Below, piece after piece: positions 21,406 to 32,565 of a DNA stretch of 64,000 nt (positions within the stretch are counted from its first letter, which is position 1; every line of letters starts with the position of its first letter). Under the pieces are notes generated by a model that did not search any database, had not been told where the DNA came from, and worked only from the letters and a program-made list of their open reading frames with translations. The translations under genes were made by a program, and so were the position numbers. The DNA lies in assembly GCA_963844715.1 (NCBI GenBank), contig CAWJPJ010000001.1, positions 79,967 to 143,966 of the forward strand, given 5' to 3'. The DNA is from an uncultured Phycisphaerales bacterium. GTDB taxonomy: Bacteria > Planctomycetota > Phycisphaerae > Tepidisphaerales > Tepidisphaeraceae.

Positions 21406-22187
21406 ATGAATCTGCTCGAAGTCACAAAACTGGTCAAGATTTACAACGATCGGACCGTCGTCAACGACGTCAGTTTCGTCCTACGCCAGCAGGAAGTTGT
21501 CGGCCTCCTGGGCCGAAACGGGGCCGGAAAAACCACCACTTTCCGCATCATCCTCGGCATGATTGAGCCCAACAGCGGCGCGGTCGCCTTCGACGCCACC
21601 GACATCACTTTCATGCCCATGTACAAGCGGGCCCGACTCGGAATCGGCTATCTGTCCCAGGAACGCTCCGATTTCCGCAGGCTTTCCGTCTTCGATAACC
21701 TCCTGGCGATTCTCGAAACCCTCCCTATCTCCCGCCGCGAGCGGCATCGCCGCGCCGAAGCCCTCCTCGAGCATTACGGCCTGACCCGCCAACGCAAACA
21801 GAAAGCCGATACCCTCAGCGGCGGCGAACGCCGAAAACTCGAAATCGCCCGCGCCCTAGTCACCGACCCAAAGCTGATTCTCCTCGACGAACCCTTCAGC
21901 GGCGTGGACCCCATCGCCGTCGAAGAACTGCAAAACGAAGTTCGCCGCCTCAAGGTTGAATTCGGAAAAAGCGTCCTGATTACCGATCACAACGTCGCCC
22001 AAACTCTGCGCGTGTGTGATCGCGCTCTCATAATCAACGACGGCCATGTCTTTAAAGACGGCACCCCCAGCAGATCATCAACGACCCCGAAGTCCGCGGC
22101 GCCTATCTCGGCAACACATTCCGCGGCGACGAATTCGATACCCCCGTCGAACCCGCGAAAAATCCGCTCACAGCCTCAAAAACGTAG
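21406..22187 (+). CDS. lptB: LPS export ABC transporter ATP-binding protein (frameshift near 3' end)
   Basis: GLLGRNGAGKTT, PMYKRARLGIGYL, LSGGERRKLEIARAL, LDEPFSGVDP, LITDHNV. Confidence 0.9.
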
Positions 22188-22214
22188 ACTATCATCAACA
22201 GAACCCACGCGCCC

Positions 22215-23366
22215 ATGAAATCAGCACTCTTCGCATTTTTCGCCGCTTTCTCGGGTCTTTTCGCCGCCAGCCCCCGCCGCCATCTCGCCGGATGCCCAAA
22301 AACTTCTCGACCAGATTCGAACCGCCTATCAATCCCTGCAAACGCTCACCGTCTCCGGCACGATTCAAGGCCAATTCGACATCGACGGCGAAAGCTCCGC
22401 CAACAGCTCCCAATTCACCGGCGATTACGACCACGGCAAATTCCGCAACCAGGTCATCAATGACGCCCTCGTCGGAAACACCGGCAAGAATCTCTACCTC
22501 TATCTCCCCTCCGACAATCGCTACCTGGTCCGCGAACTGCCCAAGGATTCCGATCGTCTCGGCTCGGTCGATGTCGAAATCGCCGACGTCATCCGAAAAC
22601 AGAATCCATCGCTCGCTCTGGCGCTGGCCGCCGATGCGGCCGCCGAACTGATCGACGGAGCCACCGCCGTCGATCGCGCCGATCCCGTGCGTCTGGACGG
22701 CAAAACGCTTCCCGCGATCAAAATAATCCGCCCGGATCGCGACACCACCGTGGTGATCGACCCTTCCACGCATCTGCTCCTCATGCAGATTGTCGATCTA
22801 ACCCGCCTCGCCCTTCAGCGCGGCGCTCACACCGTGAAAGCGGCCGTCATCACGACGCAAATGCACGAGCAGCCGGGAGCCGCGATCGATCCGGCTCGCT
22901 TCGCCTTCTCCCCGCCCGGCGCTCGGGCGCTCGATGAAACCCCCGCCGAAGGCAATCCCGCCCCGCCGTTCTCCCTCACCTCACTGGACGGCACGCAGAT
23001 TTCCGCCTCCGATCTGAAAGGGTCCGTGGTCGTGCTCGATTTCTGGGCCACCTGGTGCCCGCCATGCGTCGCTTCGTTGCCCAGGCTTGATGATCTCTTT
23101 CAGAATCTCAAAGACCCTTCCCTGAAGATATTTGCCGTCAACGAAGCGGAGGATAAGGAAACCGTCCGGAAGTTCATCGACTCCAAGAAGCTGACCGTCC
23201 CCGTGCTGCTGGATTCGGACGGTAAGGTAGGCGAATCATTCGGCCGCAGGCCATTCCATACCTCGTCATCATTGGCAAGGACGGGCGAATAGCCAAGATT
23301 CACACTGGTCTCACGGATGAGGACATTATCCGCCACGAAATCCAGGCCGCATTGGGCCAAAAATAA
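22215..23366 (+). CDS. Secreted protein with LolA-like N-terminal region and TlpA-family thioredoxin domain, frameshifted
   Basis: VVLDFWATWCPPC; signal-like N-terminus; beta-rich middle. Confidence 0.75.
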
Positions 23367-23504
23367 GCCTATCTGAGCCGCCCCTTTTATCCCCCCATCC
23401 GGGCGCTGAGTCTTCGTCCTCGCAAAAGTGGCCATCGTCACCAGCCGATGATCCGAGTGGATTGTCGAGTCATCCGGCTCGTTTTATGGGGCGTTGGATC
23501 AGCC

Positions 23505-24983
23505 ATGAATAAAGCGCTAGTCGAAAAGATTCGGCAATGCCCGAATCTCCCCTCCCTCCCCTCGGTCGCCGTCCAGGTTTTGGACCTGGCGGGAAAGGCC
23601 AACGTCGACATCGCCGAAATCGCCCGCGTCATCTCCAAGGACCCGGCCCTCTCCACGAAAATCCTCCGCACCGTCAACAGCAGCTTCTACGGCCGCAGCC
23701 AGCACGTCGGCACCATCAGCCACGCCCTGGTGATCCTCGGCCTGCAATCCGTCAAAACGCTCGTCCTCGGGTTTTCCCTGGTGAGCAATCTCAGCAGCAC
23801 AAAAACCAAGGGATTCCAGCACCTGCAATATTGGCGTCGCAGCATTTATTCCGCGACCGCCGCGCGAACCTTTGCCGCCAAGCTCAACGTCGTGCAGCAG
23901 GAAGAAGCCTTCCTGGCCGCGCTGTTGCAGGACATCGGCATGCTCGTCCTGTCGCAGGTTCTTGGTCAGCAATACAGCGACATCTGCGAGCGCGGCGCGA
24001 CGCATCTGGCGGTGGTTGAAGCCGAAGCAGCCCAGCTCGGCATGACCCACGCCGACGTCGGCGCCCTGCTCACCGAACAATGGAAACTGCCGCCCCTGCT
24101 CGTCACTCCGATCCGCGCCAGTCACGGCGTCCAGGTCGTACACGACCCGGGTCTGCGCGTTTTGGCCGATTTGGTGCAACTCTCCGGCCGATGCGCCGAT
24201 GTCTTTGTCGAGGAATCCGCCGCCGCTTCGATCCAGCAGGTTCGCGCTTTTTGCGCTGAGCGATACAAGATGGACGAGTCCACCTGCGACCAGGTCCTCC
24301 AGGAGATTGCCGCCAAGACCAAGGAAGTCGCCTCGCTCTTTGAAATCAATATCGGCGCCGCGGCGGATTTTGAATCCATTCTGAAGAAGGCCAATGAAGC
24401 CCTGGTCGAACTGACGCTCCAATCCCAAATGCATGCCACGCAGCTCCAGGAACAAAATCATGCCCTCAAAAAACAGGCCACGACCGACGCCCTCACCGGC
24501 CTGAACAACCGCGCCACCTTCGACGAATTCTTCATCCAGACTTTCGAAGGCGCTCGGCAGAATGGAAAACCGCTGACCCTGCTCATGATGGACGTGGACA
24601 AATTCAAATCCATCAACGATCGCTTCGGTCACCAGGCCGGCGATCAGGTCCTCACCGCTTTGGGTAAACTTGTTCTCAGCGCCGCCCGCACCAGCGACAT
24701 GGCCGCACGCTACGGCGGAGAAGAAATGGTCCTCATTCTTCCCGGCACGACGCGCCCGTCGGAACCGCCATCGCGGATACCATTCGCCGCGCCGTCGCCG
24801 CCCAGCCCATCGTGATCGCCGGCGCAAATCCCCGTCACCATCAGCATCGGCGTCGCCACATTCGATCCCACCGGCCCCCTTCGCGAGGCAACCCAACTCC
24901 TCAAAGCCGCCGACATGGCCGTCTACGCCGCCAAACACGGCGGCCGAAACTGCGTCAAAGTCTTCTCCGTCAAAGCCGCCTAA
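23505..24983 (+). CDS. HDOD + GGDEF diguanylate cyclase (frameshifts near 3' end)
   Basis: LPSLP, DPALSTKILRTVNS, HADVG..L..W.LP; TDALTGLNNR, DVDKFKSINDRFGH, RYGGEE. Confidence 0.9.
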
Positions 24984-26931
24984 ACCGATCCCGCGCACCA
25001 ATTCTTCCAAATTTCCCGATATGCCCCCTCCACATCCCGGGCAAATTGAGCCGCGTCCAAAATCGGACTGGATTTCATCTTTTCTCGTAGATTCGATCTC
25101 ATCGCTTTGAGCTTCGGAACATCTCCCGCCAAGCTTGCGGCGATCTGGACGTACTCCTGCGGACTCTTGGCAATCAGTTCCCCCGTCCCAAGATTGCTTA
25201 GAACACTTGCCCCCAATCTTTGACAATGCACCGATCCGGCGAGGGTCACCACCGGCAATCCCATCCAAAGAGCATGGCACGTCACCGTATGCCCGTTCAC
25301 AGGAAACGTATCCAAATAAATGTCCACTTGATGATGCAGGGAGAAGTATTCCGACAGGGGACGCTTGCCCATCAAATCGAGCCGAGTCGGATCGATTCCC
25401 CTCCTTTCGAAGTGGCTTCGAATCTCTCTTTGGAGATCGTTTGATTGCAATCCACCGGCCGCGATGAGCAGGCGCGATGTCGGAACCTGAATCAGAATCT
25501 CCGCCCAGCAATCCAGAAGATTGGGGGGAAGTTTTCCCAATGTCGTGAAACAGGCGAACGTGACTCGGCCATAAGTTACCGCGGGCAGAGGCGAGACTTC
25601 CGTCGCCTCCGCTGGCGGGCGGTAGCAGGCAAAGGTCCGGGGCAATCTCAATAGCTTTTCGCTGTGATACTTCTCCGTCTGACCCAGGGGATCGGCGTAG
25701 ATGTCCGTCATTCGATAATCGATAGCCGTCAGACCCGTCGTATCCGGGTAGCCGAGGTAGGTGATTTGAACCGGGGCGGGTTTGCGGGCGAAGACCAGAA
25801 GTCGGTTGCCTGCCGTGTGGCCTGCGAGGTCCACGAGGATATCGATCTGGTCCTGCCGGATCATCCGCGCGACTTCGACGTCGCTCTTGCCATAGATTGA
25901 TCGCCACTGATGGATCGACTGCTGCAATCTTCGCGTCACGGCGTCCGGCTGACCGACGTCCGCGTAGGCGAAGACTTCGACTTGCTGGGGATCGTGGTAA
26001 TCGAGGAGGTTTTCAAGAAAGAACGCCACCGAATGGAGGCGGAAATCGGAGGAGACATAGCCGATTTTCAGGCGGCGGTTTGGGTCGCGGTCGTTAGTCG
26101 GCGGCAAGATCTCTCTCGCCAACGGCCGCGAGAACCGTCTGTCCCAGTCGACATGTTCCTGGAAAATTTCCTCGGGGCCGCGCCCGGAACAAAATGCAGC
26201 GCCCACAAAAGATTGTCCGCCACAAACGGCACATGCCGAATCTGCCCCAGCACCTCGACGGCTTGCGCCGCCCGCCCCATTCCCAACAGCGCCTGCCCCA
26301 AATTCGATTGCGCGTCGACCGAATCCGGCTGGATCGCCAGCGCTCGCCGATAAACCTCAATCGCCTCGGCATACCGATCCTCCTCAAGAAGACACGTCCC
26401 AAGATTATTCAGGGCCTGCGAGCTCGGGCTGATCTCCGCCGCCTTGCGGAAACATTCCATCGCCTCGCCGCCCCGGCCGACCGTACGCAGCGCGTCCCCC
26501 AGATTGAACCACGCCCCGCCGTAATCCGGCTTCAGTTTCACCGCGCATTGATAGGCTTCGACCGCCCGCGGCCCCTGCCCCATCGTCGCCAGGGCGCAAC
26601 CCAGATTAAACCAGGCCTCCGGCCAATCCGGCCGCATCGCGATCGCCGTCTGACACGAATTCGCCGCCTCTCCCGCAAGCGAAAGTTTGAGTAGTGCCAC
26701 CGCCAGATTCAGATGAAAATCCGCGCGCTTACTATCCAGCGCGATCGCGCGCCGAATAAGTTGCACCGCCTCCCGTGCCCGATCCGTTTGAATGAGCAGC
26801 GTCCCCAGCAGATGCCACGCCTCGGCGTTTGCCCCGTCGGCCGCCACCACTTGCCGATAGATCGCCTCGGCCTCATCCAGCCGCCCGGCGCGATGCAACT
26901 CCGCCGCCTGACTCAGAAGCGCCGAACTCAT
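24980..26931 (-). CDS. TPR-repeat GT41 (OGT/SPINDLY family) protein, frameshift near 26180
   Basis: TPRs; KIGYVSSDFRLHSV, DLAGHT, PAPVQITYLGYPDTTG, LDTFPVNGHT..ALWMGLPVV. Confidence 0.9.
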
Positions 26932-28575
26932 CGCAAGCTCCACACCCGTCGAAATTCCCTCTCCAAATCGCGAGCGATCCCATCGCCGTCCATCAATGGC
27001 GATCCAGCCATCCTCTCTCGCAGCGATGCCCGCAGCTCCTCCAATCCACTTATGCCCGCCGCCTTTTGCACATATTCCTCTTCAGAACTCGCCGCCAGTT
27101 CCGCCAATCCAAGATTCGTCAGCAAACTGAACCCCACGTGGCTGGCGTGAGTCTTCCCCGTCAACGTCACCACCGGCACACCCATCCACATTGCCTCGCA
27201 CGTCGTCGTCGTCCCGTTGTAAGGATACGTATCCAGCGCGACATCCATCTCGCCATAGGCCTTCAGATGCTCATGAATCGTCGCGGATTTGCCCCGAAGA
27301 TCGATCCGCGAGGCGTCGATGCCGGCGGATGTGAATCGCCGCAGAAACTCCTCGCGCATCTGCGCATCGCTCAACCCCGCATTCTTGATCAGCAGCCGGC
27401 CCTTGGGAACGGCCTGGAGAATCCGAACCCACAAATCTGTCACCTTTTGGTTCATTTTGGCCAGATTATTGAACGAACCGAAGGTGATAAACCCATTGCT
27501 TTTAGCCGGCAATGGCGAAACTTCCGGCGCATCCGCCGGGGCCCGATAGCACACAAAACTCCTCGATAATCGGATCAGCTTTTCCCTGTAATATCCGTCG
27601 GTCATCCCGACAGGATCGGCGTAGTTATCCGTCAATCGGTAATCCATCGCCGAGAGACCGGAAGTATCCGGATAACCCAAATACGTGATCTGAATCGGAG
27701 CAGGCCTGCGCAAAAACCATCAATCGATTTCCCGCCGTATGCCCAGCCAGATCGACCAGAATATCGATCTTATCCTTGCGAATCATTTCGGAAAGATTTT
27801 GATCGCTGATTCCCGTGACATTTCGCCACTGACCGAAGAGCTTTTGCAATCGCGCCGTCATCGCATCACTCTTTGCCAAATCGGCGTACCCGAAGATTTC
27901 CACCACGTTCGGATCATGCGCCGCGAGCAAATTCTCTAGAAAAAACCCAACCGAATGCTCCCGAAAATCCGGCGACACATACCCCACGCGCAATCGTCGT
28001 TTCGGATCGCGATCCACTTCCAGCGGCTTATTCTGATTTGCCGGCGGTCGGGCAAACAGCTCATCCCACTTCCGATGTTCCGCGAAAACCTCCGCCGGAT
28101 CGGCATCGGCCAAGCAATGCATCGCAAAAAGCATGTTACTCACCGCGTCCCGATCCTCGGGACGAAGCGCCTGCGCGGTGCGATACAGCGCGATCGCCTC
28201 ATCCGCGCGCCCCATGTCCCGCAATCCGTTGGCGAGATTGAAATACGGCTCGAAATAATCCGGCCGCAGCGCGATCGCCTCGCGAAAATGCGAATTGGCC
28301 TCGGCGTGTTTCCCCTCCTGAGACAGAATTACGCCCAGATTGCAGTGATAAACCGCGTGCCGCGGATTGATCGCCAGCGCCCGGCCGATCAGCTCAAGCC
28401 CCTCTCCCGGATTACCAAGCTGAAAACGAATCACCCCCAGCAGATGCATCACATCCGGCTGATTCGGCGACGCCGCCAGAATTTCCCGATAGGTCTTTTC
28501 AGCCTCGCCAAGCTTCCCGGCCCGATGCAATTGTCCGGCCAGGTCGAGCTTCTGCTGAAGTGTGACATCCGACAT
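26928..28575 (-). CDS. TPR-repeat GT41 (OGT/SPINDLY family) protein, frameshift near 27710
   Basis: TPRs; RVGYVSPDFREHSV, TFGSFNN, LDTYPYNGTTTTCEAMWMGVPVV; ATGA overlap with the next GT41 gene. Confidence 0.9.
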
Positions 28576-28594
28576 GGAAAAAGAGGGGTGCTAC

Positions 28595-30250
28595 CTAGAA
28601 CTCTTCATGCTCCACATGATCGCGCTGCGTATCGGCGATTCCACGATACTGATGAATCGAAAGATCGTCCACATTATGCAACACAATATTCGGCCGCCCC
28701 GGGGCATGCGGCGCCTTGATATGCGTCAAATCCACATCCTTCACGTCGTCCAGGTAATACGCCGGCCGCATGTCTTCCTTGAGCGTGCTCATGTCGATAT
28801 CCGTCAGGTCGATCCCCGTGACGTGCCGGATGAAAAATCCGTACGACGGCATCCCCCGAAATCGCGACGGCTCGGGATAGTCCTTCGCCTGCTCCTCGGG
28901 CCGCGTCGCGGCTTGCGCCAGCGTCACCCCGCCGGGATACTGAATCTGCACGTTGCTGATGTGCAAATCCTCGATGTCATGCCCCGGCACCCCAGTAATC
29001 AGCGCCGCAAAACGCCCCGCCATATTCGTGATATTGATATTGCTGATCTGCACGCGCCGGATCGCCCCCATGGAAGTCTGATCCGCCGGCCCGCGCAAGC
29101 GCTCGCCCAGGCGGATGAAGATCGGATTGTTCACCACATCCCGCATCGTGATGTTGGAGATTACCACGTCCTCGATGATCGCCCCGTCCACGCTCTCCAG
29201 CGCCAGCCCCCCGCAGTAATCGACCACGCAGTTGGATATGGCGATGTTCTTGAATCCGCCGTTGGATTCCGTCCCGAATTTGATCCGGCCGGTTCGCGCC
29301 GCGTGCCGGTCCGGGCTGTAATCGAGTCCGATCCGCTTATACGTGCCATCGATCATCGTCCCTTCTTCATACCCGCCGGTGACGAAGCAATTGGTGATGG
29401 TCACGTTTTCCGTCGCGCGGTTATACCCCGGCCCAAAGCTGCTCTTGAGGCACAACCCGTCATCCCACGGCGAATTGATGCTGCAATTGGAAACCCGCAC
29501 GTTCCGGCAGCAATCGATATCCATCCCGTCCCGATCCGTATCGATCTTCACGTTATCGATCGTGAAATTATCCACCGCCGTCGCCAGCAGCGCAAAGTGC
29601 CCGCCATTCAAAATCGAAATGTCGCGCAGGATCACGTTCTTGCAGTTCTTCAGCGCGATTGTCTTGTTCCCCACACCCGCCGGCAGCGCATCTTTCGGAT
29701 CGGGATACACCGGCTCCGGCGAAGGTTTCGTCGTCGAGTCCACCGCCGCATCCTGATCCAGCCCGTACGGCAGGAATTTCCGCTCGGGATGCAAATTCGC
29801 CCCGTGACTCAAACCCCTCCCCCAGATCAACCCCGGCCCTTCGATCGCCACGTTTGATAAATCCTCACCCCAGAACAAACTGTTGTGCCAGTGGCTGTGC
29901 CCGAAATCCATGTAATGATCCCATGCAAACGGCTCCGGCGGATCGTACTGACCCGCCTTATCCGTCCCGGCGGCAAGCACCATCGCCCCCTGATCGAGAT
30001 AAATCGTCGTATTGCTCTTCAGGTGGATCGAATAACAAAGATAAGTCCCCGCCGAAAAACGCACGGTCCCCCCGCCCGCGTCCGAAGCGGCGGCAATCGC
30101 GCTATTGACCGCGTCCGTATCGAGCGTTTGCCCATCCCCTTTGGCGCCAAACGCGCGCACACTGTAGATTTCCGACGTAGCCTGGCATCCCCCCAACAAC
30201 GACACAACGAGCAGCAGCAGCGACCAGCGCTGCCTCAGCGATTTCATCAT
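28595..30250 (-). CDS. Glycoside hydrolase family 28 (pectinase-like beta-helix) lipoprotein
   Basis: LLGGC lipobox, FGAKGDG, DRDGMDID, WDDGLCLKS, RIKFGTES. Confidence 0.88.
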   Translation of the reverse strand: MMKSLRQRWSLLLLVVSLLGGCQATSEIYSVRAFGAKGDGQTLDTDAVNSAIAAASDAGGGTVRFSAGTYLCYSIHLKSNTTIYLDQGAMVLAAGTDKAGQYDPPEPFAWDHYMDFGHSHWHNSLFWGEDLSNVAIEGPGLIWGRGLSHGANLHPERKFLPYGLDQDAAVDSTTKPSPEPVYPDPKDALPAGVGNKTIALKNCKNVILRDISILNGGHFALLATAVDNFTIDNVKIDTDRDGMDIDCCRNVRVSNCSINSPWDDGLCLKSSFGPGYNRATENVTITNCFVTGGYEEGTMIDGTYKRIGLDYSPDRHAARTGRIKFGTESNGGFKNIAISNCVVDYCGGLALESVDGAIIEDVVISNITMRDVVNNPIFIRLGERLRGPADQTSMGAIRRVQISNINITNMAGRFAALITGVPGHDIEDLHISNVQIQYPGGVTLAQAATRPEEQAKDYPEPSRFRGMPSYGFFIRHVTGIDLTDIDMSTLKEDMRPAYYLDDVKDVDLTHIKAPHAPGRPNIVLHNVDDLSIHQYRGIADTQRDHVEHEEF

Positions 30251-30252
30251 AG

Positions 30253-30544
30253 GGTTGGTTCCTGTCGAAGGTTCAGGAGGGAAAGTATACGTGAAGCGTC
30301 CCCGGGCGCACAATTCGTGCGACCGGCCGCAATACGCGAAATGATGGTTTCCGCGAAACTTAGGCGGCTCTGCCGCGCAACCCGCGCCGGATTAATCCAA
30401 TCGCCGCCAGGCCGCCCAGCATGCCCAGACCCGCCCAATCAGCCGCCGGAAGAGGAACCGCCGTCGATCCTCCGCCCGTCCCGGTGCCGGTCGGATTGAA
30501 GAAATCGAAATAGGCGCAGTTGAGGAGATACGTATTTTCGGAAG
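30253..30544. repeat. Left copy of a 292-bp imperfect direct repeat (partner 38497-38788)
   Basis: Ungapped hand alignment gives about 40 substitutions; long identical stretches. Confidence 0.92.
30360..30544 (-). pseudogene. Orphan 3' fragment of the lectin gene encoding the VPLPAA sorting tail
   Basis: Translates SENTYLLNCAYFDFFNPTGTGTGGGSTAVPLPAADWAGLGMLGGLAAIGLIRRGLRGRAA*; no lectin-gene 5' part upstream. Confidence 0.85.
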
Positions 30545-30610
30545 CTTTTTCGTAAAGCCAGATATGAGTCCTTGACCGTTAGGGAACGCGACCGTACCGT
30601 CTGAGCCGTC

Positions 30611-31006
30611 GTGCTGAGTTTTCGCCATTTCATTTCCGCGGCGATTACGACTGTCCTACTGGCCGGCGGTGTTCCCTGTTTGACTTGTTCGCCCGCTGTC
30701 TGTGCGGCAAGCACGGAATGTGCATCTGTTCACTGCAATCGCTGCGGGCAAAACTGTCCCATGTCGAAAACTTCTCATGAATCGCACAAGCACGACGCCA
30801 ATTGCAAGCAACAATGCCCGCCGATCACCGCCGACAGGGTGGTAACGAACAGCAATTCGCAGTCATTTGCCGTGGCGATGTTGTCCGTTGCTGAAGTGCA
30901 GCCTTTTCTCTTCGGATACACAAGTTCCTGCGCCCCTTCGATCCGTCAGTCTGTTATCGCGCACCCCCCCTCACTTCTTAGCTTAAATTGCCAGCTGACG
31001 ATCTGA
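30611..31006 (+). CDS. Small Cys/His-rich protein heading the metal-efflux operon
   Basis: About 11 Cys, SHESHKH, C-terminal HPP; position upstream of the RND adaptor. Confidence 0.6.
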   Translation: MLSFRHFISAAITTVLLAGGVPCLTCSPAVCAASTECASVHCNRCGQNCPMSKTSHESHKHDANCKQQCPPITADRVVTNSNSQSFAVAMLSVAEVQPFLFGYTSSCAPSIRQSVIAHPPSLLSLNCQLTI

Positions 31007-31107
31007 TTCCCTCCAAAACCTGACCACGATTGCATCTCGCGATTCCGCCGTATCGGCGTGAATGTGCGCCTCTTTTTCAAACCGAAGTTCTCATTGCGCA
31101 GAATCCC

Positions 31108-32565
31108 ATGAAAACAATTGTCATTGTGGCATCCACCATCGTTTTGACCTTAGCGGCTGTATTTGCGGTGCAAACCATCTCCGGGAAATTGCACCCAAAG
31201 AGCGAGTTGACGGCGGTGGCTGCTTCAACCGCTCAGCCCAGGCAACTATGGACATGTGGGATGCACCCCCAGGTCATCCAGGATCATCCAGGCTTTTGCC
31301 CCATCTGTCACATGAGGCTCGTGCCGTTGAACATGGATTCCTCCGCCGGCGCGGGAAATTCCGCCGGAGAACAACGGAAAATCCTTTACTACTGGGATCC
31401 CATGTTGGGGCCTTCGTCCATCGCGCATGTCACCGGCAAGAGCGCGATGGGCATGGACTTGGTGCCCGTCTATGAGGACGAGCAATCCGCCGGTCCGACG
31501 GTCACAATTGATCCGACAATCGTTCAGAACATGGGGGTCCGAACCGCCGAAGTCTCTCGCGGGCCGTTGGCGAAAACGGTGCGGGCGGTGGGAATTCTGG
31601 AAGTTCCCGAGCCGGGGCAATACGACATTAACCTCAAGATCAATGGCTGGATCAAGAAGCTCTACGCCGATCAGGAGGGGATGCACGTCCATAGGGGCGA
31701 CGTGCTTTTTGACCTATACAGCCCCGATCTACAGGTTGCGGAAGAGGAGTTGATCGGGGCTGTCAAATCGCTCAAGTCCCTCGATCCAAACGCGTCGAAT
31801 GCGTTGCGGTCAGAGTCACAAGACCTGGTCGCCTCAGCGAAACAAAAGTTGCGGCTGTGGGATGTCGCCGACGAAGACATTGCGGGGATTGCCCAGGCGA
31901 CGCAAGCGCCCGAGACGGTTCCATTCCGCAGCCCGGCGAACGGCGATGTGATCGACAAAATGGTGGTTCAAGGTTCGGCCGTTCAGGCAGGCATGAAAGT
32001 GATGCGGATCGAAGACCACACGAAACTGTGGCTCGACGCCCAGGTGTACGAAGACGACATCCCGCTGGTTGCTCTCGGCCAAACCGTGCAGGCAACGGTC
32101 GAAGCTTCGCCCGGCAAGACATTTTCCGGCCCCATCACATTCATTTATCCCCATCTGGATCACATGAGCCGTACGGTTACGGTTCGCGTCACCCTTGATA
32201 ATCCAAACCATGAACTCAGCCCCGGCATGTATGCCACCGCGAATATCCTAACCCAACCCGTGTCGGACGCGGTGTTGGTCCCGCGCGAGGCAGTGATTGA
32301 CACCGGTACCCGGCAGATCGCCTTTGTGGCCTTGGCGGAGGGTCACTTCGAGCCGCGAAAGGTTCGTATGGGCGTGATGGGCGACGACGATCGCGTGCAA
32401 ATTCTGGAAGGATTGGCACCCGGAGAAACAGTGGTGACCAGTGGCCAATTCTTGCTCGATGTCGAAAGCCGCACAACGGAAGCAATCGACAAGCTGCGTC
32501 GGTCCTCTGCCAGTCCCATCGAACAGGCCGCTCCGGGCCAGGAACTCCTGCATCCGGTCAATTAA
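31108..32565 (+). CDS. cusB: CusB-type RND periplasmic adaptor with heavy-metal-binding domains
   Basis: WTCGMHP..PGFCPICHMRLVP, YYWDPM..GKSAMGMDLVP, YSPDL, IYPHLD, PGMYA. Confidence 0.88.
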   Translation: MKTIVIVASTIVLTLAAVFAVQTISGKLHPKSELTAVAASTAQPRQLWTCGMHPQVIQDHPGFCPICHMRLVPLNMDSSAGAGNSAGEQRKILYYWDPMLGPSSIAHVTGKSAMGMDLVPVYEDEQSAGPTVTIDPTIVQNMGVRTAEVSRGPLAKTVRAVGILEVPEPGQYDINLKINGWIKKLYADQEGMHVHRGDVLFDLYSPDLQVAEEELIGAVKSLKSLDPNASNALRSESQDLVASAKQKLRLWDVADEDIAGIAQATQAPETVPFRSPANGDVIDKMVVQGSAVQAGMKVMRIEDHTKLWLDAQVYEDDIPLVALGQTVQATVEASPGKTFSGPITFIYPHLDHMSRTVTVRVTLDNPNHELSPGMYATANILTQPVSDAVLVPREAVIDTGTRQIAFVALAEGHFEPRKVRMGVMGDDDRVQILEGLAPGETVVTSGQFLLDVESRTTEAIDKLRRSSASPIEQAAPGQELLHPVN

